From Alphaproteobacteria bacterium (lineage in GTDB: Bacteria > Pseudomonadota > Alphaproteobacteria > RF32 > CAG-239), in the NCBI GenBank assembly GCA_017457005.1, contig JAFTII010000020.1:117-64116 (forward strand): DNA of 64,000 nucleotides, read 5' to 3'. A program made the position numbers and the translations under genes. Under the pieces are notes generated by a model. That model saw nothing but the letters and a program-made list of their open reading frames with translations. It made no database searches and was not told the DNA's origin. Shown here piece by piece: positions 45,494 to 54,000 of the stretch (the first letter of the stretch is position 1; each line of letters begins with the position of its first letter).

Positions 45494-47254
45494 TTATTGT
45501 GCCGTAAGAGCATTTTTGGCTTCTTCATTATGTGCCTTGATTTCCAGTTCTTTGGCTTTAAGAGCATTCTTTTCTTTTTCAATCATTATTTTTTCTTGTT
45601 CTAATTCAAGTTGATGATTTGGCTGTTCCGGTTCTTTTTTATTCAAATCTGCTTCAACAGCGTTAAACACCTTTTCAATCACGCTTTCAAAAGGACGTGC
45701 CTTGGGCAACGAGGTGCAAAAACTTTCTATCATGCTACGATATAACGGTAATAATAACGGTTGTTGACTTACGGTCGGCAGAGCAGATATAATCAATTCG
45801 TTTAGAGCCTTGATACCGGAAAGAGTTTTCTCTGCCTCTGCTTCGGCATTAAAGACATTATCATTTTCTATTTCTAAAATCATGCCGCGCATTTTTTCGT
45901 CTTTAAGCAACAAAACTGCCTGCCGTGCTTCCGGTAAAATTTGTTGCTCCGGAGGCAAAAATCCAAGCAATGTTTCGGCAGAAAATTGTTCACAAATTAT
46001 CTCAGCTTTAATGGTAAACAAGTCTTTTATAAAACGTTGCATATCATTTTGCCGATCTTGATTACGTAAAGTTCCAAAATTTGTTTTTTTGGTTACGGCA
46101 GTGGCCGTATCTTCGGAATTTGAACTGCCTCGCATAATATCAGAAACGCCGGTTATCTCATATATTTGATTAATTATATCCTGTCTTCTTTGTGCTAATT
46201 GCTCTAAAGCAGTTATATATTGCTCTATCGGAATAAAGTCTAATATGCCTTTCAACCCGCCACAATCCTTCAGGCGTTGAAAATCCTTAGCAGCAACCAG
46301 TGTAACATCTTTATTCAATATACTGCCTAATTCAGGAAAAGAATTATCATAAGCACCGCTAACTTTTAAGGCCTGCATTGTCAAACGCATACGAGAATGA
46401 ATGCCGTTCAGCTCGCTTAATAACTCTTTTATCAGGCAATAATCCGGAACCGGAATTATACTATCATTGGTAAGTGTTGCAAAAATGGGTTTTGGGCAAG
46501 GAAAAAATCCCTGTGTTTTTAACGGATTATTTGCAACACGAATAAAATCATCAGTTTTTTCTTTAGCTAACCAATAAACTTTTTTACTTTCCTTATCCCA
46601 AATTTCATAAATACAAATATCTTTACAGTCTTTATCATCTTCTTTATCTGCCAAATTAAGACAGGCAGTTTCTCCAAAAGTTGCTATAGCCTGCTCTTTG
46701 CTCATATAAATTTTGCGCGCAACCCAACTGACATCTTCCCATATTCCGACTTCATCACAATCGGCTAAAAAATTTTCGGGATTAACATATTCGGAGATTA
46801 CTTTCTCAGAGCTTTTAATTTCTATTTTTCGCTTTGAATCTTGTGCAGATGAAACAAATTCAAAATTCGGATGATAACGCTCCCAAACAATACCGCAACC
46901 GCTAATCAAAAAATCATTACGTGCATATTTGATAATGCTGTCAAAATCAAATTGTTGCAGATTCCAAATCAGTGATTTGCTCAGAATATCACAAGCTAAT
47001 TTTTCAATTTTGTTAGCGCTCTTACCACTACGTTCAAGATATGGTTTAGGCTGTTTGAAATATAAAAACGGTTTTAAGGTCTCTATTGTTGACCAAAAAA
47101 TATTATAGTGTCCGACATTATATCCAAATCCTCGGTTATCTTTATAAAATTCACGAGTTTCTTTGATTAAATTATAATAGCTCTCATATTTTTTCTCTGC
47201 CGCCGAAATTTTTTTCAGCCATTTTTCAACCTGCTGTTGTTTATTCATCTTCAA
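45494..47254 (-). CDS. portal protein
   Basis: 586 aa, downstream of terL, with a charged C-terminal tail. The call rests mainly on position and size. Confidence 0.7.
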   Translation of the reverse strand: MKMNKQQQVEKWLKKISAAEKKYESYYNLIKETREFYKDNRGFGYNVGHYNIFWSTIETLKPFLYFKQPKPYLERSGKSANKIEKLACDILSKSLIWNLQQFDFDSIIKYARNDFLISGCGIVWERYHPNFEFVSSAQDSKRKIEIKSSEKVISEYVNPENFLADCDEVGIWEDVSWVARKIYMSKEQAIATFGETACLNLADKEDDKDCKDICIYEIWDKESKKVYWLAKEKTDDFIRVANNPLKTQGFFPCPKPIFATLTNDSIIPVPDYCLIKELLSELNGIHSRMRLTMQALKVSGAYDNSFPELGSILNKDVTLVAAKDFQRLKDCGGLKGILDFIPIEQYITALEQLAQRRQDIINQIYEITGVSDIMRGSSNSEDTATAVTKKTNFGTLRNQDRQNDMQRFIKDLFTIKAEIICEQFSAETLLGFLPPEQQILPEARQAVLLLKDEKMRGMILEIENDNVFNAEAEAEKTLSGIKALNELIISALPTVSQQPLLLPLYRSMIESFCTSLPKARPFESVIEKVFNAVEADLNKKEPEQPNHQLELEQEKIMIEKEKNALKAKELEIKAHNEEAKNALTAQ

Positions 47255-47498
47255 ACACTCCTAATATTGAATTTTGCCTTACTACTACAACATCCGGATC
47301 ATAAGTCGGTAATTCATCAAAAATATGAAACAATACTTTGTCTCCGATTTCTATTCCCTTGACTTCCGGACCGATACTTTCAACAATTCCGATTGTCCGC
47401 TCCGGTTGATAATCTTCCGTAAAAAAAATACCGCCGGCGGTTGCGGACGGTTTACTTTCTAATCTGATAAAAACTCTATCGGTTATTGCTTTTACCAT
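47241..47498 (-). CDS. GroES/Cpn10-like co-chaperonin
   Basis: AITDRVFIRLESKPSATAGGIF, IGIVESIGPE, IEIGDKVLF and NSILGVFE are colinear with E. coli GroES PLHDRVIVKR..KSAGGIV, GEVLAVGNG, VKVGDIVIF and SDILAIVE. Confidence 0.7.
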   Translation of the reverse strand: MVKAITDRVFIRLESKPSATAGGIFFTEDYQPERTIGIVESIGPEVKGIEIGDKVLFHIFDELPTYDPDVVVVRQNSILGVFEDE

Positions 47499-48964
47499 TC
47501 AATACTCCTTTTCGGTAAATTAAATAAATCATTATAAGTTAAATGTCCGTTGCCATAAACAGACGGCTTGCCATTATCATAAACAGGCTCGGCAAAAGTC
47601 AGAGCTAAGGCATCGCCTTTATCCGGTGAGCGACCTAATCGTTTTTTTAATTCATCTTTTTCTTCCAAACAAAGTCGTCCTTTGCGGTCATATTTTTTAT
47701 TAACTGATGTTAAATCATCAAATAAATCTTCATCAGCCGGAATTTGAACCGGAGGTTTACTTTCAAGCCATTGTCTGATTTCATCCCACATTTCGGCACG
47801 ACGGTTAAAATAACGTTCATCATTCAGGGCTTTTTCACCAAAATATATTCCCCTGATAATCTCTGAAAACCCTCTATCCTTCAAAATATCAAATACTCCG
47901 GCACCCTGACCTCCGATATCCATGAATATACGATAAGGTTGCATTTGGCGAATGAAATTAGTTGCCAAATTAGCAACCGCCACATTGTCCAATTTTTGAT
48001 AAGTATCAAATTTGATACACCACCTTCCTTTACGAAAACAAAATGATGTTTTATCATCTCCAAAACGGGCAATATCAAGACCTATAACTAACGGAGAAGT
48101 ACTATTATCAATCTTGGAAATCGCTGCCTCTCTGACTAATGCGGAAGATATTAATTTGTAATTACCTTGACGAATTGGTTCTCCAAGCCAAATATGCTCA
48201 TAATCATCAGGATTATTTTGTTTACATTGTTCTGCTTGCAGTTTTATCTCTTCCGGACAAAACGGATTATCATAATAATTAACTTTACGAACTAAGGTTC
48301 TTTTATCGGGCTTATTGCCTAACAATACCCATAGCGGATCATTTTCTTCTTCCCGATTCATTGATATCCAAATTTCAGAACCGTTTTTACGTATTGTCGG
48401 ACTTAAAATATTCCATGACTTTTTAGTAATGGTATGTGCTTCTTCTATCCAAGCAATATCAACGCCTTCCAGTGATTTAATATTATTAATATCCTGATCG
48501 CGCAATCCACGAAAAATAATCTTGGTTCCGGTAATTTTATTTTCAATTCTGCTTTCATAAATCTTATAATCATTCAACCCCCAGGCAGATATGCGATCAC
48601 AAAGTAATTTATAAACAGAATCCTTAATGGAATCTTGAATTTCTCGCAAACAGGCAATAAACAACTTTTTTTGTCTGCCCAACAATAATATGCTGTCCGC
48701 AAAAGCATAAGACTTGCCGCCACCACGTCCGCCATAATAAAATTTAATACGCCAGTTTTCATTCAAAAGCGGCTTGAAAATTTCAGCAATTTCAATTTTC
48801 AGCTCCGGCGATTTATTTTTGCGACAATTTGCTCTTATGTTTTTATTATTCCCAATATCAGTTTTGGTTTTCCGCTTATCGGTTTTTGGATCATCCAAAA
48901 CCGATTTTTTGCCCTCAGTTACCGATACCGCACGTTTTGTTATTGTGCGCCCACCCTTCTCCAT
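47492..48964 (-). CDS. terL: terminase large subunit (PBSX/Terminase_3-like) with a basic N-terminal extension
   Basis: Walker A YYGGRGGGKSYA, Walker B-like IAWIEEA, C-terminal nuclease region. The first ~60 aa are Lys/Arg-rich. Confidence 0.9.
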   Translation of the reverse strand: MEKGGRTITKRAVSVTEGKKSVLDDPKTDKRKTKTDIGNNKNIRANCRKNKSPELKIEIAEIFKPLLNENWRIKFYYGGRGGGKSYAFADSILLLGRQKKLFIACLREIQDSIKDSVYKLLCDRISAWGLNDYKIYESRIENKITGTKIIFRGLRDQDINNIKSLEGVDIAWIEEAHTITKKSWNILSPTIRKNGSEIWISMNREEENDPLWVLLGNKPDKRTLVRKVNYYDNPFCPEEIKLQAEQCKQNNPDDYEHIWLGEPIRQGNYKLISSALVREAAISKIDNSTSPLVIGLDIARFGDDKTSFCFRKGRWCIKFDTYQKLDNVAVANLATNFIRQMQPYRIFMDIGGQGAGVFDILKDRGFSEIIRGIYFGEKALNDERYFNRRAEMWDEIRQWLESKPPVQIPADEDLFDDLTSVNKKYDRKGRLCLEEKDELKKRLGRSPDKGDALALTFAEPVYDNGKPSVYGNGHLTYNDLFNLPKRSIEW

Positions 48965-48977
48965 ATTTGTTCTCCAT

Positions 48978-49010
48978 AAAAAAAATTCTGAAGATTGATG
49001 TCTTCAGAAT
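48978..49010 (-). terminator. intrinsic terminator immediately upstream of terL
   Basis: Perfect 10-bp stem attctgaaga/tcttcagaat with a 7-nt T-run on the minus strand that ends 13 nt before the terL ATG. Confidence 0.65.
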
Positions 49011-49083
49011 TTTATATACGTTTTCCATAATACGTTTTTTGTATCACTATTGGTCCCGCTTGTCAATACCTGTGGATAAGTTT

Positions 49084-49515
49084 TTATTTTCTGTATAAAT
49101 ACAAAGAGTTAATAAGATTTTTCATTCCCCATCCATGACGATGTCTATATTTTTGCTCAACAAATTTGCAAGTTTCACCAAAATACAAAACATCTATCGC
49201 CGCCAAATGAGATATACCGCTCTCCTCGCAATTATCGGCCCAATCCAAATAATCTCTTCGGCAAGCAGAAAGGTATAATAATTTATCCTCTTCCGAAGCA
49301 AAAACATTTTGATTTATACTTACAGAAACTTTTTCATTCCACGATGAAACCCGCATTGGACTTACCTGACATAAGAAAGCATATCCACGACATATACGAA
49401 CTGCCGTCCACTCAAATCCGAGTTCTCGTACTTTTTTCCATACTTTAGCATCTTGTAATGAAATACGATGTTTTTGCGATAACAATCTTTGGTTTCGTTT
49501 TAATTTCAGGGTCAT
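49084..49515 (-). CDS. phage hypothetical protein (143 aa), candidate late regulator
   Basis: First gene of the leftward operon, divergent from the repressor. Contains several Cys. No recognisable motif. Confidence 0.5.
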   Translation of the reverse strand: MTLKLKRNQRLLSQKHRISLQDAKVWKKVRELGFEWTAVRICRGYAFLCQVSPMRVSSWNEKVSVSINQNVFASEEDKLLYLSACRRDYLDWADNCEESGISHLAAIDVLYFGETCKFVEQKYRHRHGWGMKNLINSLYLYRK

Positions 49516-49565
49516 TATTATATCCTTTAAACTAAAAATTAATAAGTCAGGCACTATTTATATAT

Positions 49566-49613
49566 CTACGATATTTGTATTTTAAAAGTCAAGACTAATC
49601 TACGTTAGTTGTA
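49566..49613. promoter_or_regulatory. two operator-like direct repeats CTACGNTANTTGTA
   Basis: ctacgatatttgta (49566-49579) and ctacgttagttgta (49600-49613) are 12/14 identical and lie in the divergent repressor/late-operon intergenic region. Confidence 0.3.
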
Positions 49614-49680
49614 TCTTTACAAAATTAAGTTTATAGGATACCATTTTCGTATATTAAAAGTTTTTATAAGGAGATTATAT

Positions 49681-50424
49681 ATGGACAATCGCTGGAATTG
49701 GCTAAAAAACAGATTGAACGAATTAGGAAGTAATCCGTCTCGTTTTGCAAAAGAACTGGATTGGCCGGCAAGTCGTGTATATGAATTGTTTTCAGGCAAA
49801 ACAAAGGCAATCCCCTTGGACAGATTGGCCAAAGCTTCTGCAATATTAGGTGTCAGCTTAGACAATATGATAAATTTTAATTCCGGACTTTCTGATGATA
49901 TATGTTTCGGTACCATTTATAGCAGCACCACCAAGACAGATAATTCGGGAATCGTACCGGAGCTTGATTTATATGAAATGTATCCGCCCATGATGAATAA
50001 TGATTGGGATGGAGAAACAGATTTTCTTAATGACATCTCATATACCTATAGTGCCAATTATTTACCGACAAGAAAAATTAAGGATAATTGGAAAATACCT
50101 GATGAATATTTGGAAGAAATAAATATACAGCAAAAAAATGTTTATATAATTGAAGCGATGGGAGATAGTATGACCCCCACCGTTTCTGCCGGAGATAAAG
50201 TTATTATTGACACTTCTGCCAAAGGTAAGTTTCCCTCTCCTGACGGAATATTTGCAATATGGGACGGCTTGGGAATCGCAATTAAAAGAATTGAATTAAT
50301 ACCAAACAGCGAACCACCGGCACTAAAAATAATCTCTGACAACCCTCGCCACAGCTCGTATGAAAGAAAAGTTGAAGATTGCCGAATTGTCGGAAGAATC
50401 GTAAGCGTTATCAAACGACTTTAG
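49681..50424 (+). CDS. CI/LexA-like phage repressor (HTH plus S24 peptidase)
   Basis: N-terminal XRE-type HTH (SRFAKELDWPASRVYELFSGK). C-terminal GDSMTPTVSAGDKVIID and IAIKRIE (Ser-Lys dyad). AAGGAG RBS. Confidence 0.85.
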   Translation: MDNRWNWLKNRLNELGSNPSRFAKELDWPASRVYELFSGKTKAIPLDRLAKASAILGVSLDNMINFNSGLSDDICFGTIYSSTTKTDNSGIVPELDLYEMYPPMMNNDWDGETDFLNDISYTYSANYLPTRKIKDNWKIPDEYLEEINIQQKNVYIIEAMGDSMTPTVSAGDKVIIDTSAKGKFPSPDGIFAIWDGLGIAIKRIELIPNSEPPALKIISDNPRHSSYERKVEDCRIVGRIVSVIKRL

Positions 50425-50510
50425 AAGATATACACATTGCGTATATTTTAATTTGACTATAAAATTTTATTCTATATACAATATTCGTACTAATAATACG
50501 GATATTGAAA

Positions 50511-50804
50511 ATGTGTTTATCAAAAAAACAACTACAAACAAAAGCATCTGATCTGTTTACTTATTTTGAATTTAATAAGTTCAGAAACGAGTTGTCATAC
50601 AGCAAAAGAACGAATCTTTTGTTGGAATTTTGTGACTATATTGAACATTTATCCGATTGGGAAATTGCCGATATTTTGAATAGCGACAACAACTCAGATG
50701 TGCGTAATTTCAGAAAAATCATAAATAACGGTGCGGATATTTGGCTTGGTGATCTGATAAAAACAATAAGCTATAAGGAAAATATATTATGCAAGAAAAA
50801 ATAA
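50511..50804 (+). CDS. hypothetical protein (97 aa)
   Basis: ORF downstream of the repressor on the same strand. No motif. Confidence 0.4.
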   Translation: MCLSKKQLQTKASDLFTYFEFNKFRNELSYSKRTNLLLEFCDYIEHLSDWEIADILNSDNNSDVRNFRKIINNGADIWLGDLIKTISYKENILCKKK

Positions 50805-51088
50805 TCTATGAAGATATTAGCGAAGAAGAATGCAAAATTATAAACAACTGGCGAATTGATGAGAATTAGACCTTGCAATTTGAAAGACCATCTGTTTACG
50901 CCATTACAGCATTTTTTTGTAGCAATAAAAACTAATTTATAAAAAAAGCTTTTTTTTACTTTCTTTTTAAGATTATTTGTTTTAGAATTTGACTTGCATA
51001 ACTTATCATTATGTCCAGTAGTCAAAAGGATTATAGATATTACCTTTTGCAAGTTTTTGTTGCAATTGAACGAAGGAAGTTAATTCAC

Positions 51089-54000
51089 ATGAAAAAAACT
51101 TTATTAATGACAACAGCATTGGTAGCAGTAATTAGTGCAACTGATGCTTATTCCGCTACTTTAAACGGTGAACAACCTGAAGATTTTATCATAAACGTTA
51201 AAAGAGGAGAAAATTTAGAGATTTCAAATGCATATAGTGCCAATTCTAACCAAGAAATATTGTGGAGCAATAGCGTTTCTGTTGAAGAAGGAGGCACTCT
51301 GACTTTAACTGAAACCAATCTCAAATCTAATAATTCTGAAAACAGCGTAAATATTAATGGTACTCTCATCGCCATAAACAGTATATTAGAAGCTGGCAAC
51401 GATAACGAAAATGATTTAACTCTTGCTAACGCAAATATTCAAGGTGCTAACGTTACCCTTAATGGTTCTGACTTGGAAGCAACTAAAAACATTAATATCG
51501 CTGATTCTACCTTAAACATTATGAGTAATAATAATTCATATGAAGAGAACGGTATTTGGGCTGCAGAAGATTTAACGATTAAAAACTCAAACACAGAATT
51601 ATCTCAAGGCTCTTATTTGGCAGCCAGTGGTAATATAAATATCGATTCAAATATAAACTTAGACGATGGTAGTTCTATCTATCATATTTCTGACGGACAA
51701 ACTGACGAATTAAATATAACCGGAGGAAACATCAACCTTACTAATTATTCCGGTATTTATGCATCTGGACAAAATGAACAATATAATACTAAAGGAGCAT
51801 CTTTAAACATAACCGGTGGAAAAATTACTGCTACAGATGGTTCTGAACAAGAAATTACTTTGACCAATACCTCCGATTTAAATATCGGTGGCACCGCTGA
51901 AATCACTATGAATATTGATAAAATTGATGATCACAATGGCGGTATTTTACACGAAGGCAAAAGCGGTAACATTAACATAAGCGGAGGTAAAATTACCTTA
52001 AGCGGAAATGGCGCTAAAATTGAACGTGGCGGATATGACGGCGATTGGATTTATAGTACAAACGGCGAACCATTAATTGGCGATATAGATAACTATGTAG
52101 ATGGAAAAGGCTGGGAAATTGCTGATGCAAAAGGCAATACCATAGCCTTCTTAGGTGATGATAGTAAAATATATGATGCTACAGGTACAAAAGAATTAGG
52201 AACCTACTCAAGTTGGAATGATGTTGCATCTGTTTTATTGCCTGATACTGAATTTGATAAAGACAGCTTTCACATTTCAACCGGAGATATTAACATATCC
52301 GGAGGAGAAATTTCTTTATCCAACGGAGCTCATATATCAACCACTCACAAAAATTCCGGAGATTTAAATTTAAAATCAGGATCTTTGAAATTAAGTGGAA
52401 ACGCTTTTGTTAAGCTGAATAATTCTGATGCCAAATTTAATATTTCTGGTGGAGAATATAAAGCAACAGATAGTGATGCAACTACCAAAGGTGATATCTT
52501 TATCAGCAAAGGAATCATAACCAATCAAAATTCTGACCTAGAAACTTTCCAAACCTTGCATATCAGTGATGGGACATTTAACTTATCAGAATCATCTGAT
52601 TTGACTGCTCTAAAAGGTATTGAAGTCACGGGAGGAACAATCAACGTAGATGACGGCGAAATATGGTCATTGGGAGATATCAATCTTAAAGGTGGAAATA
52701 TAAACCTTACCAATACTGCTTCTATTAATAACTTATATGAAAACACCGATGAAATATTTGGTGAAATTACAAAACCGACAAAAGCCGGTAATATTTCTCT
52801 TAATGGTGCAAAAGTTAAAGTTACCAACAATTCATATCTCGTTTCTGAAGGAAACATTGACCTCTCAGGCGCTGACTTAACTATGGAAAACTCTACTTTG
52901 CAATCAGCCGGAGATTTAGTTTTTGATACTAATGGAAAATACAATATTGCTCATACTGATATTACTTCTGAAAACGGAAGCATTACTATCAAAAACGGAA
53001 CATTTACAACTCCGGAATTTAGCGCTCCAAACGGAGATGTAACCCTTGAAGGTGGTAGCATTAGTGAAGTTAATGCAACATTGGAACAAAGAGAACCTGA
53101 TGAAGAAATAGGTATTCAAAACGTCAATCTTAACGGAGGAACATTTACTCATACCAATGTTATCTCTGACGGTTTCAAAAACTTGAACATCAATGGCGGT
53201 ACGGTTAATCTGACCAACACTGAAATGAATGCTTGGAGTGGTAATGTTACTATCAGTGGCGGTGAAGTTAATTTAAAAAGTGAAGGCGATATAGAAACAG
53301 GCTTGTATGCCAGAAAAGAATTTAATGTTACCGGTGGAACTATCAATATGAATGGTGGTAACACAATTATTGATAACATTAATGACCACAATAAAGATGC
53401 ATATCCTGCTTATGACTTAAATATCAATGGTGGAACAATCAATGTAAATGCCGGTAATGGAGAAATCTCCAGCAGTAAAAATGTAAACTTCAATTCCGGA
53501 ACCATCAATATTGCAGAAGGTGCCACACTTGGTATTTATGGCGGAAATGAAAAAGCAGAAACAACTGCTCTATTAGGTGCTGACGGTATCTTTAATATTA
53601 AAGGCACATTAGATACTAATATTAAAGGAAACGGAACTGTTAATTTTAATTCTAATAATGCTAATATTGCCGGTGATGTAAATATGACCAGTGGCGGTAT
53701 TATGAATGTTGGATTAAACAAAGCTACCATTGGTGGAGATGCTGTATTTAACAGTGGCTCTAAATTGAGTTTGGAAATTGCCGATGCAGATAAATATGGT
53801 TCATTATCAGCAAACAGCATTACTGCTCAAGATGGAGCAAAACTTGCGCTTAACATTACCAAACAAATGGCTGTTGATGAAGAAATAAGCGGCTTAAAAT
53901 TGTTAGATGCTGCAACAATTGACAACAAATTTACCAATGAGTTATCAAATGCACGCTATGAAGTTAGCAATGATCAAGGAACTTATACTATTAAATATGT

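Larger units (their letters stand above)
32945..50804. mobile_element. compact podovirus-like prophage or phage-derived particle cluster (about 17.9 kb)
   Basis: Contiguous minus-strand terL, portal, scaffold, capsid, tail and lysis genes, plus a divergent CI/S24 repressor. No integrase or replication genes recognised. Boundaries set by the flanking housekeeping and autotransporter genes. Confidence 0.75.
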
